In this document: piece by piece, positions 52,190 through 64,000 of the stretch
How the letters are laid out: each line of letters begins with the position of its first letter
Numbering within the stretch: the first letter of the stretch is position 1
From: Marsupella aquatica
Lineage: Eukaryota; Plantae; Marchantiophyta
Length of the DNA stretch: 64,000 nt
Assembly (NCBI GenBank): GCA_973895155.1
Contig: OZ316892.1
Location: forward strand, 10,086,283-10,150,282
Reading direction: 5' to 3'
The notes under the pieces: generated by a model
The model's database searches: none
Seen by the model: the letters and a program-made list of their open reading frames with translations, nothing else
What the model was told of the DNA's origin: nothing
Made by a program: the position numbers and the translations under genes

Positions 52190-55100
52190 CGGCGGAGTAG
52201 GAATAGATTAGGATTAGGACTAGCTTAGTCAGGCTCTTGGGACAGGCACCTGCCTTAGGTACAGCAGCGCTGTCATGCTGTCCAGCCTGCGTAGATTAGG
52301 ATCTTCTAATAAGACACAGCCGTTTCCGGCCTGACTGTCAGCTTAGTTAGGACCTTAGTCAGCGAATCTTCGGCGAGAGGACACCCCGTCCCTCGGCCCT
52401 TAGTATTTAGTGCACCCCTCGGTAGAGGCAGGGGGGGTTTTAGTTTCAGAGTTGGACGTCCGCGGTATGTGCGGGGAGTCCCGACCTCTGGGAATGAAAG
52501 AGTACCAAGGGGGGGGGGTAGGACTAAGCTCGCCGGGCGAGTGCGGAGCCAGGCTCCGTTGTAGTGTGCACCCTCGGCCTTGAACCTGTTCATTCCGGGG
52601 CTGTCGGGTCAACTAAGTGTACGCATATGTTCCCTTTGTAGTAAAATCCTTTCCCATCATTTTCCTTCGTGTAAATCGAGATTGTATGCATGTGCGCGTG
52701 TATGTGTGTGGGTTTCTCGTATATGGGTGGCAGCGCCAGGCCGAACGCACTACCCGAGACGTGCACAGGGTGCAGCCTACGGGTAAGTGGTTGCGAGCAC
52801 GGGTTGAGGACCTGTATCATCAAATCCGGATCGAAGGCGGACAGAACGAAGGCTTAGAAGCCCTTAAGCCGGGGTCGATCCTGCTATCGACTAAGGTACG
52901 TTCCGGCGGCGGAACACAAACCATACCTAGGAGGTGTCCGTATTTAGCAGTATGCGCACTTAGCGCTAGTTTACGAGAATAAGGTGCATTACGTGCTTCC
53001 CTTCCTGCCCGAACCCTCAGATTTACGAGGGATGTGCCCGTCTAAGCTGAAGTCTGAGTTAAGGCCGAAGCCGACGACGTGACAGTCTTGATCTTAGTGC
53101 ATTGTGTTAATTAAAATCTTTCACTTTTTTGGGTGTATGGTGTGATTATTTGGCTTGTCTTGGACAATGATGCAACTTTGGTGAGTCACACTAAACTCAA
53201 TTCACACTTTGGCTTTATTACTTACTTTTGACCAGATTTTTAAATTTTTGTGCCCTGCAAATTTGAATGATGACCACTCTAAAAAGTGATGCAACTCTGT
53301 ATTATAGTTTAGAATGATTATGTGGACCACCAGTTTGACACAGTGCTACCCTTTGGACACATTTTGGTGGTACATGGGAGTTTTGGGTTTATAACTTGAT
53401 GAATATGTGGACCACCATGTTTGACACACTCAGTGCTAAGACTACCCTGGCTTGGACACATTTGGTGGTCCTTGTGAATTTTGGGGTTATAAATTGATGG
53501 TTATGAGTCTTGAAAATTGTTTTAGTTTTGCATTTGCAGGGCAACTAAAGAAGGAGGAGACCTTTGAAAACACAAGCCCAAATACTTCATATTAACACAA
53601 TTAAATAGAATCTAATAGAATTTAACCCTCTCCATTCCATGATGAATAACTCAACCATTATGGCCAATAATTCACTGTCACTTTGATGGAAGTGTAGCTT
53701 ATGTACTCCTCTAGCACATCCTCAAAACTAAAAAAGTACTTGAAATTGCTACCATCAAGTTATTGCAATTAAGTTCAAATTTGGGAAATGTGGTCCATGG
53801 GGTTTTCAAAGACCAACAATGTGGTCCATGGGAGCATCACTGAGTGGGACTAAGGCACCAACTGACTGGGGAGGGAGTTGGATGAAAAGATGTCTTTCAA
53901 TCTCCTTGGTCAGTATCTGGTAACAGTCATTATATTAGCCTCACAGTTTTAAATAACTAATTAAAAAAATTGGAGTCCAGTGCACAAATTTGACACCACA
54001 GACGTGTCAGCCAGGGAAAATCTTCCGTCCATTCCGTAACATTGGGAAGAAGCTATAATTCAGAAGTGCAAGCCCGGGAATGAGTGGAAAAATTCCCGGA
54101 GAAATATTATTTTTGGCTAGACATAGGGCACAAATATCTGTTTTTATTGTGTCTCGGCAAAATATTGAAAAAACTCCTATCAGAAAACGTTTTCACTGGG
54201 AAAAATTCTACCGCACAATTGCGGCAGGTGGAAACAACATTTAATTAACTTTTGTGGTTAAGGTGGGAAGCAGGGTTTCCTTTTGCAATTTGGGGAGGTG
54301 GCATTTCTGGTAGGTTGAGAAGTTTATGGTGAATTGAAAAGCCTCTGCTTAGCAAAACTTGCGCACAATCACATTGTGAACTGTAGATCTCTGTAGGCTC
54401 AGATCTGGATTGTTCATTTTGGCAAATAGGTCACGAAAACTTTTTGAAACCTCCTTGTATCATTTGCAAGTTCTTTCACCTGGTAGCACATGTGTGAAGA
54501 TTTCGGCGGATAACTCACTAAAGCCTTTTCAAAACCTATTTCTATCAGTGGCAAGCTGCTTCAACTAGTAGCATTTGTGCAAACATTCGCACAGAAAGGA
54601 TCACTGGGAAGGGGTATTTTTTAGTGGCCGGGAACAGTTGTTGTAATGGCAAATGCACTACTTATGACTGTCTTCTCATGAGGTCAAAACTCTCCCATTG
54701 TTTGTTTCAAAACCTAATTTGGGCGGGAATTCTGCCAAAGCCTTAGTTTGGACTTTTTTTGGTTGTCCTATGGCTGTGCTATCCTACTCTGAGGGGGTCC
54801 AATGGCAAGCACAGGCACACATAAGGCTAGGCAGCTTGACATAGTCAACTCTAGGTATGTGTCATGCAAGGGGAGCGAGAGTTGGAGAGGGGGAGCAGGA
54901 AGGGGAGAGGTGTCGGGGGCAAGGAAAAATGTAAGGCGGGATGTAAGGCACTTACGTTTGGGTCTTGTTAATATTTTAGCCTAAGGCACTTCCTTTGTAA
55001 CCGTAGTTAGTCTAATTGTACAGACTCAGGTACTTGATCAAGGTTAAACATGTTATTTAGTATCTACACTTGAAGCATTTAGGTTTTGAGTGGAACTTCA

Positions 55101-57171
55101 AAAGCCAGGCTCAATCATTGTTGTGGAGTTGTTTAAGGCTAAAATATTAACAAGACCTTAGGCTCTGGGGACTTGGTATAGCCAGTGGGCCTAGAGAGCA
55201 ATAAAGTTGTCTTGTGTGTTCCTGTGACTGTATGTATCTCTCAAGAGATATATCATGTATATCTTGTGCCGACTATTTGATCGATGTTAATTTTTCACGT
55301 GTGCATGTATCTATGAACGGTCCATGCTCTGTCAACAAAAGGGGGGATACTAAAGAAAGAGGAAGTAGGGGATGCTCAATTGAATCACATACAACAAACT
55401 AAATACTAGCAAAACATTGGCATGAGATCATTTTTGCAACAACAACACATATCACAAGGACAAGACTAGCTGAAATGATGATCTTTTTGTAAGGATGACA
55501 CTCTTGACCACAACATGGCCAATTGATGACATTTTTGCATGAACATTGTGACCGCAATGACAACCCATCTAGAATGAGTGAGGATTGCGGGAGATGGAAC
55601 CGACTGTGCCAAAAAGATCTGTTTCTGATGAAGGGCCAGGATTGGCTCCCCGCCTTTTTCTCATTGAATGTGTAAACTTTTTGGCAGGGTAAGGTATTCT
55701 AGAGTTTGACTGTACACAATCTGCATCAATGAAGGTCCCTTTTCACCTGGATTTTGCCTGGGCTAAAAACAAATGCAAAGAAAATGAAAGAGACTCCAAC
55801 TCCAAGGAGACCACAATCACTCATCTAGGATCCTAAGCTGTTCTGATACATAGTTGTTTCAGGATTGAATTTTAAAATTCATCTATTCTACTATTTTGCA
55901 ATGGTGATTTGTTTGGCCAAATGCCTCCATTTTTCACTTGGAACATTGGATAGTGCAAGATGTGAAGTATGGTTTAAATCAATGGAGAATTAGCTTAGGA
56001 GTCCATTTATTGATGACTTTTATCCACCTACTTTAAGTCTTAAGTACCTATTATATTGTGCTTGGGGACATTTGGCCATTGTTCAATTTGAAGGATATCT
56101 CAAATGCAGGCATGTGGCAAAAGTACTTTCTATGGAAATCCGTAGTGCCAAGTTTGAAATTACTTGCAATTGCACTTGTCCTTTAATTCACATTTTTGCC
56201 TGAACATTTTGACATGCACACACGAGCTTATGACTTATCATTGTCCTGGCTGCTTTTTCCAAAATTATGATGTTGTTCCTTTAGAAACGGGTGTTAGAAG
56301 TTTATTTGCATGACATGGCTAATGTCATCCCATAGCTCTCCGGCCTCCATTCTATAGCTCTTTGGTCTCCTGGTCCATAGCCCTCCTCCAGCCCACCATC
56401 CTCACTCCCATTATTTCATGCAATTTCAAGGTAGAACAAGTTTTTTTTTGGCTATCACCCATGTTTGGTTTCTGTACAAATGAGTTTTTCCCCTTGGTGA
56501 CGCACATAACAGAAGTTTTACCCACTATGATGCAGCGATTGTTTTTTTCCTTTTTCTCCCCTAACACAAATATACAACACTGAATGGCTAAACTTAGATT
56601 TTTTAAAACAAGCCAAGTGTGTCCACGAGTGCACCCCTTCAATAGGGTTGTTCTTGGATGCACTTGGAGGCACACCTGGATTGCACTCTTCCTCCTCCTC
56701 TTGGACGCACTTGGCTGGATTCATCCTTTCACTATGGTGGATGGCATGCTCATCCTGGAACATATTTGATTTTTGTCTTGTAATGATATGTAGGTGATCT
56801 ATTTCTTTTTGGCTGTTGATCGTATTATCTAACTAAGATTGAGTGGAAGGAAACACAAGAGTATAAATACAGCACATGCAATTTCACATGATAAATAATA
56901 AAAGGGCACAAAATTACTGAAGAGTTCTGCACATAAGGTGTAGACCCTCACTTGTCCAGGTAATGACAATAGTCACACTTCAATCAAAACCATAACTTAC
57001 GGAACAAAATCACGAGGAGAACTTGAAACAAGAATCATCAACAATTTTTGGAATCATTTCATTATTTTTTTAGAATAATTTCTTTCTTCACTCATGACAT
57101 GAGATAGAATCTCTCAAATGCTCCTCACAATTTTTCTGCCATAGAGCTATGACTTCATGGATACAAGTCAT

Positions 57172-57519
57172 TGTTAGATATTGCTCTGACTAGTCTTGTG
57201 ACTCATGAGCTAACCACAGTTAGTCTAACTTGGGTTAGGACTTAGCTAATGTTAGCGGTAGTGCTGTTGTGCATATAGCCACGGCTGATGCCAGACCCTG
57301 GTGGAACTTAGGCTCATTGTTACGGAGCTAGTTGAGAGATAAGGAGAGCTTGTGTTGTGGATGCTTGGTATGGCCTGTCGGTCTAGATTGCAGTAAAGCT
57401 CTTATGTGTTCCCGTGGACGTACCCTCATGTGGAGGTGAATCACGTATCTCTCTGTGTCGACTCTTGTGCGTTGGATGGTTCATGGGCTTGCCGTTGCGA
57501 ATGTCGTCTATGCTCAACA
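57172..57519. mobile_element. Solo LTR (348 bp), same family as 40019-40343
   Basis: TGTT...AACA; TSD gtcat/gccat; shared blocks tagtcttgtgactca, gagagcttgtgt, cgtggacgta, gaggtgaa.cac.tat. Confidence 0.85.
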
Positions 57520-57770
57520 GCCATTATGCCCATTCTTTGAAATGATGACAAAAATGATCAGTCATGATAATCATTTTGACATAATTAGCATCCCCTGAAT
57601 TTTTCTATCCACATAAATCTGGGTGGAGCCCTAGAGTCACTGTAGGATTCACTCTAGAACCTAGACCCCAACTCTAGACATTATTAAACACACTTAGCAG
57701 GTGAGGGAGATACTGTTCTTGGTCCAACACGCATGATTGAACAAGAAATAATCAAAGAAGCTGTGCACAT

Positions 57771-58113
57771 TGTTGGAAATGAACCACACTCGAACTGATG
57801 ATGGATGCGGACATGAAGGGCCTGTAGTTCAGTGATAGAGCATTAGGATGTATGCAAGAGACCTAGGTACGGTCAATTCCTAGCGGGTTCATGCTGTTGA
57901 AAGTTCCAACATGGTATCAGAGCCAAATATCATAAATTTCTTGAAAAGTGTGGCTCAAAGGAAGGTGTTGGAAATGTACCACACTTAAGTGATAATGGAT
58001 TTGGGCATGAAGGGCCTGTAGCTAAGTGGTAGAGCACTACCATGTCCACTACCATGTCCACGGAGGTACTAGGATAAATTCCTTGCTGGTCCATGTTGTT
58101 GAAAGTCCCAACG
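57771..58113 (+). mobile_element. TRIM-like miniature LTR retroelement with tRNA-derived LTRs
   Basis: LTR1 57771-57911 (TGTTGGAAAT...TTCCAACA), PBS TGGTATCAGAGCC 57912-57924, 54-bp interior ending aaaggaagg, LTR2 57966-58113 (TGTTGGAAAT...TCCCAACG). No matching TSD (cacat/ttttg). Confidence 0.85.
57818..57891 (+). pseudogene. tRNA-derived sequence inside LTR1 (second copy at ~58012-58093)
   Basis: gggcctg-ta-gttc-agtgata-gagc (acceptor/D arm, A box) ... ggtcaattcc (B-box-like) ... cgggttca. LTR2 copy: gggcctgtagctaagtggtagagca..ggataaattcc..ctggtcca. Anticodon arm degenerate. Confidence 0.7.
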
Positions 58114-59169
58114 TTTTGACTCTGCCTGCACTATGGTTTGGAAGTTGTGGTATCTACTGTTTTCTAAAGTACTTCATTGCACGGCTGTCTGGAAATATAG
58201 CGTTCAAGCAATCGACTCATATATATTTGAGAACGAGCCTCTTTAGTTTGGTTGGAGAATACAAATGAGAACTTTCAATTTCTTGACTCTAATCTGAACT
58301 CTCACTAGATACCAGGCTAAATTCCAATCTTCGAACTCCAAGTTCGGGTTATGTAAGCTGAGCTAGCTGAATCAACACGAATGGCCGGAACCCTCTCTTG
58401 GAATTCAAGATGCTCACCACCCAGAACTAGAATTTGACTAGACAAGACGCGATAATTCGGCGAGAAGTGATCTTCGAAGAGAAGCTCCTGCTTGAAGGAA
58501 CCGAAAAGGAGAGAACGTTCCACTGCTGTGGAGAATCGTATCGAGAGTTTCCTCGTCGTACTATATTATAAGCCAAAGGATATACAGCATAGCATCGAAA
58601 GACATCAACATATGTTTCCTCATACCCATCCAAACAAGATCTTTCAACAAACAGCCTACTAATCCCGATTCGACTCTACAGCAATGAAATTAGATAACTC
58701 AATTGCATAGCAACCTAACCATCTCCCCGTATTCATAATGGTACATAGAACTTGTTATGAACCATTGAACACCAAAACCTTGAACAAAACTAAATTCCAA
58801 GGGTGGTATTCTACACCTCGAACGGACGGCATTGCAAAGTTCCTGAAGGCTTGAAGAATCGTCATCGATCGATATCGAACGATCGGATGAATCAAATTAT
58901 CGCTTCTCTTTGACGTCCGTTCGAGGCTGGATATACAGCTCAGAAGGCAATGACGTCTTAAGGTTGTCCAGCTAAACTTCCGTCGAAAGTTATTCTGAGT
59001 GCGTGGGGCGGTTCATCCGACAGTTCGCAGATTCCGAGACCAAGTTAATTTGTCGGAGTTGTGGAAGACAAATTGAATTAGTCAGACTTGAGCTTGCGGA
59101 ATTCTTCAATGACCACTTTTGACTCGATCACGACGGAAGTATTCATGCATGGCCAAAGCCAAACCCTAC

Positions 59170-62100
59170 CTAGAGCGCTGTCGCGCGTATTTCCCCACTA
59201 CTCGCTTGACTGCTTATGTCCGGGGGCAAGTCAAAATCATTTCCTCCTATTTCGCCTCCAAAAGAGAATGATTCCGAGCCATACTTCAAACTCTCCTGTT
59301 GGTCATCATGCCCGTGTTCATGCTGTGAACTAAAACGTGAAGATCCAGTACTAGAACTCTTATAATGAGAATCTTTTCTCAAAGCTCCGCCTAGCTCCAC
59401 TGGAACCAGGGGAAGAAGGGATTGCACTACATCAGCAATAAGCGGGCGATAGCTTGATTCTTTCTGCACGCACAATGCTGCCACTGCTGCCACCTGCGAT
59501 TCGTAAAAGTACCCAATTTGTTAGATGAGGCCTTTCAGCAACACTGCAATATAACATTTGCAAATCACAGTCTCTGTATAATCATGGTTGGCACTTGAAT
59601 TTATGTTTTCTCAAGAGCCTCGGTATTCTTTCTGTATAGGAAAGGCTAAATTGTACAGGAAAAGATACAGGGTCATATCATAGGTAGTCCTGCAGAAAGG
59701 AGAGCACGCATCCTGGGCTGTTAGTGGTGTGGGTCAGCTTTCTTCTCAACGCTCGATTATGAGACGGCAAATACTTTGCTTAAAAGGAAGCCTACCTGGT
59801 AAAGATGCTTCAAATTCAAATCCACTTGGAGGTGCGAAGCAACAAGTTTTGGTAACTTGTCCCTGTTGGTAAGTTGCGGTGCTGCCTGCAAGGGATGAAG
59901 AACTGAATCCGTTTAGCGAGCTAATTATGGACAGAGTTCATGCACCAAAAACCAATTAGCAAGGCAATATATGGGACCGCCATTGACGTTCGATGACCAC
60001 TTGCACAATAATAGTATTTCAAACAGCAATTTTAGTACTAGGCATGAATTCATGTCATTTTTGCGTATCTCAGACTGCGACAAACTAAAGTAGCAACGAA
60101 CCCTTTTCCTCGAAGGCCCATCTCTTCGGAGCGATCTTCAAGCAGATGGCTGTCCTTCATGGGAAGCGCAATCAGTATGTCACTCTACTAGTTCTTTCGA
60201 TCTCAAGTCATGAGCTCTCATAAGCCGGGGTTACTGTATATTATATGCAAAAGTATATGTTTCCAAAGGTAATTTATTGACTCACCCAATTCACCAAAGA
60301 TTGTTGGTCTGGAGGCAATGAATGGTCAATGGGTTTTCTTCCAGTAATCAACTCCAGTAGAGTGACTCCAAACGCATACACGTCGCTCTTTTCTGTCAAC
60401 GTTCCTGCAAGGCCAAGAAGACGCGTCGGTCAAACATCAGTTAGATCAACACAGACAGGCTTTTAAGCACAATAATTCCCAAATTTCGAGACTCTGTTAG
60501 TGGTATTAACAGTGCTGCACACTGACCCTGGCACTTGGCAATGACTCTTACAATCAAGGCCATTTTTATTTAACTTTGGAGAACTAGGAGGAATCCCCAA
60601 GTCCCTTCAGACATGACAATGTCTGCATGCTTTCCAGGGTAGTAAGTACTTGCATGGACGAAAGGTTTGTGTGTAGCTTGTAATTGCTTAAGAAAATTGA
60701 TCACCAATTCAGATTATTTCAGAAAAGGACCACTGACCACATACCACTCAAGAAAAACTCAGGAGCAACATAGCCAATGGTGCCAACGAGCTGCAAACTT
60801 TCCTCTTGAGTCAGCCCTTCAAGCGGTGTTGCTAAGCCAAAGTCTGATATCTGCATGTAAGATACGCACGATATCTCGAATTGTCATGGACTACATACTC
60901 GTGCCACTGGATAACTGGATACAAAAATAAAGTTGTATGATTTCATCTTCAAGATTGGCAAAGCTGTCGCCGGCCTTAGTTGACGAATGGGATGTACCTT
61001 AGCATTCAGATTCTCATCGAGGAGAACGTTAGAAGCCTTAAAATCTCGGTGAACCACTGACGGAACACACTGCTCATGCAGGTACTCCAATCCTCTGCTT
61101 TCACATTTTAGGACAGTGCGTTGTTACTCCATGATCAGCATATATTTTGAACTTGAAAGCTACGGAGGTTGAGAAGACTGATTTTCACAGGTGAACAACA
61201 GCGACCTGCCTTTAGTGAGTGTGTGATCTTCACCTAAAAATGTAAATATCTAGATCCTCTGCCTGCATAAAAACGACCCGAGAAACTGTCGAACCTAATT
61301 GCAGATAGTTCAACCCACGAGATACTGCTGATATTATCATCAAATGGAACACAGAGCTGCTTTCGTAGCTGAGCACATGATGGTACCTGGCTGAATCTAG
61401 AGCGATTTTAATCCTCCGGAACCACGGTAGACCGGTGCCCTGTTTTGGACCTGCTCAGATGACGAATCGTATATTGGACCACTTTGAATCAAAGAGTAAC
61501 TAAGTTTCGTTGGATTATTGGTGCGGGCAACTGAATTCCGCTTAGATTAAAGGGGACCTATTCGATACGAAACCCCCAGCACGTAATTGCACCACTGTGA
61601 CTGAGAGAAACCGATTGCTTCTTAGACGAGACCCATTCGACTGTCATAGAGAACACCTTACCGTAGAGTTGGTCTTCCAGCGACCCGTTTCGCATGAGCT
61701 CGTAAACTAGCAAACGTCTCTCTCCTTGATAACAATATCCCAATAAAGACACCAGATTTGGATGACGTACTTGACGCATCAAGTCAACCTCCCCCTGTTT
61801 ACAGCAACCAAAATGAAGAAAGCACAGAGTAAATCGGCCACTTGACAAACGCATCAGTTCAATCCAGACAATCCAGCAGTAGCATAACTTCCGTGTCTTG
61901 TAGGGAAGGAACAACCACAGCGACGTCATGTGCGATTGACACTGCCCAGGGGCCTCAATTGTTTAGAGTGAGGAAGGATTGAAGATGAGTTTATGCACAT
62001 TTTAGCTGAATATATAAAGAGAAATCAAGATCCAGTCCTTCGAAGAATTGTAGCACTTAATGTTCAATTCTTAATTCAAATCTCTTTATTTAAAATACCT

Positions 62101-64000
62101 GGAACCCTGCGAAGGCATTGCGACCATGAGCTGTGATCATTTTGACGGCCCCGTAATCACCGCCATCCAGCTTGGCTCTGTATACTTTTGCCGATCCTCC
62201 CTCTCCCAAAAGATTGGCGTCGCTGAAGTTGTCGGTAGCAGCTTGGAGCTTCGAGAATTCCATTTCACACGCCGAGGATAGATATATCTTAGGCTTGGGA
62301 GGCACAATGATTCGCAAGCAGAAGCTGGGCTTCATCCAAGGTCGCAATCCAAGCTTGGAACCAGATGTTGGAACCGATTCATCCTTAAACTTTGCGCTGG
62401 ACATAAGTGCCGAGAAGCTGTCTCGGAAGCTGTCCATCCATGATCGAACTCCCTTAGCACGAGCGTTTAGCGGACCTGAATGCGAACGTGAAACACAATT
62501 TGAAGATCACGTCAACTGAATTCTAGAATTCAGGCTTTAAATACTTCCGCTTCTCTTCATACGAATGTAAATAATTAAGGTAACTCCAATCTCAAATTCC
62601 TCTGGAATGTGAGGCTCGTTCATCCTTACTACCTACAATTTCTTAAAACCAGATCCTTTGGGGAGCGGTTCGACTGTCCTCGAGAGATATAAGTATTTAA
62701 AGAGGTCTAAACCACAATTGTCAGTACCCCACGTTGTGGATGATCTTCAAGAGCTTTGCGAACGAAATGAGTTGGCAATCCTTTCTCCGGATCCTAGCAA
62801 ATTGGACAAAGTAATGAAAATCCTTTCACAATAATTTTAATTTTGTAGATCGATTGATGTTTTCATCCTTAATTATGTATCAGCTGGAAGCAAGAACGAT
62901 GCATACATCTATGGACTGTAACTGCCAGAATGTGAATCCGACGTGCAAGAGAAGTTTCCTTAAAGTAAAGTTGCCCCAAAGTAAAGTGCGGGGTGATGCC
63001 CACTTACACTTGATCTGGCTGCTCCAGCTAGTTGAGGTTTGGTCCTGCGCGTAACTTGGTAGTGGCGATTTAGGTGGAGAATGCCTTCGTGATCTTACGT
63101 ACACCCCAAATATCACGCATGCCAAAACTACCAAGACAGTAAGGGGTAGACTGATTGCCAAGGCAATGCCTGTTCCCACACTCACTGATCTATGAGGTGA
63201 ATCTGCCAAATTCGAAACGATAATTCTCTGTCAGCATCTTTTGGGTTTTGCTTTTCGCAAGTTATTACGTACTCTTCTACAGATCATTCAACTTCCACAA
63301 CATCCTGACAATAGTAACGAATTAAATTAAGAAAATTCTGAACTAACATTTTGCATCCTCGATCAGATATCCTCCCAATTCATGTACTCGGATAAGGAAA
63401 TTAAGACCCCTGAATCACCTAGGCTGAACCCCGGGCTGAACACCGAAGAGACCTTCTCTTGGTATCAGATTAAGATCTAATCATTCCCTTCAAGTGATTG
63501 GCGATTTGCCTAACTGCTCTCAGCATGAGTGACAATCCCAGGCGTCCTCGTTGATCGAGATGACGAGACTCCAGGAGCTATGACTCGGATTTTCTTCCTC
63601 GATCTGGATCATGTAACTTTGAGATGATTGATACTTTAGCGAGTTATGGTGAACCCCCATCAACAAGCTAAATCATAAAATGTACTTTCAACCTTCGACA
63701 TCAATGACGGATTCTGTCCACAGAAATCAATGGCCATACTGAAATACAAAAGTAATGAGTGGGTGGTGCATTCCTCTCGTTAGCGGGGGATTATGGCGTG
63801 TGCGAACTCTGATATTTGAAGCGAGTATTATCTAGACTGTTCTAAATCAATGGTCCAAGGACGAAACATCATATACCAGGAGTAGACGGAGCATAATTAC
63901 CTTGCAGAAGTCTTCGACGACCAAATGTTGAGAAAGAAAATGCTGTCAATCCACCACTTTGTCTCCCTGAATCTCTTAGTTGGTCCAGACTCATCCCAGA
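59170..64000 (-). CDS. Receptor-like Ser/Thr kinase with TM helix (At1g80640-like family); multi-exon, 5' end probably outside the window
   Basis: Exons encode [31 protein letters not shown] (~63200-63060), [21 protein letters not shown] (62476-62099), [69 protein letters not shown] and [23 protein letters not shown]; GT-AG introns. Confidence 0.95.

Larger units (their letters stand above)
48794..53084. mobile_element. 4.3-kb TG...CA element with 5-bp TSD (probable giant solo LTR) containing a gene
   Basis: gtctt|TGTGACG ... CGTGACA|gtctt; sharp switch to GC/CpG-rich sequence at both junctions; no internal direct repeat, PBS or gag/pol motifs seen. Confidence 0.85.
47218..53314 (-). mobile_element. 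Composite non-autonomous Helitron (same family as 6067-10931), inserted A^T into a short repeat array
   Basis: 3' CTAG at 47218-47221; 5' end (minus strand) ttctaaactataatacag..gtggtcatcattcaaa at 53314. Joined flanks give aacttga|tgattatgtggacc, matching the neighbouring unit aacttgatgaatatgtggacc. A second 5'-end-like copy lies at ~47950-48005. Confidence 0.75.

Noticed and set aside
54850-56780. Possible LTR and decayed transposase fragments
   Set aside because: No consistent termini, TSD or convincing protein motif by eye.
57818-57891. Functional tRNA gene
   Set aside because: Anticodon and T arms are disrupted, there is no oligo-T terminator, and it is embedded in LTRs.

Overview
Eukaryotic land-plant nuclear DNA: spliceosomal GT-AG introns, plant gene families and a TTTAGGG-like tract. 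A non-seed plant such as a liverwort is my inference from style, not proven. There are three host genes, all on the minus strand: a soluble inorganic pyrophosphatase (8 coding exons, with a duplicated alternative last exon), a single-ORF DPD1-like DEDDh exonuclease, and a receptor-like kinase that runs off the right edge. There is also a decayed NLR-like locus and a MULE/SWIM-type transposase pseudogene. The rest is nested transposon material: a long-TIR element, Helitrons with defined 5' and 3' ends, six copies of an 8-bp-TSD MITE family, two small solo LTRs and several tandem arrays. The two most unusual items: (1) a 4.3-kb TG...CA element with a perfect 5-bp TSD and no internal LTR pair or gag/pol, carrying a reconstructable ~880-codon gene (apparent gene-bearing giant solo LTR); (2) a 343-bp TRIM-like retroelement whose two LTRs each contain a tRNA-derived sequence with pol III A/B-box-like motifs.
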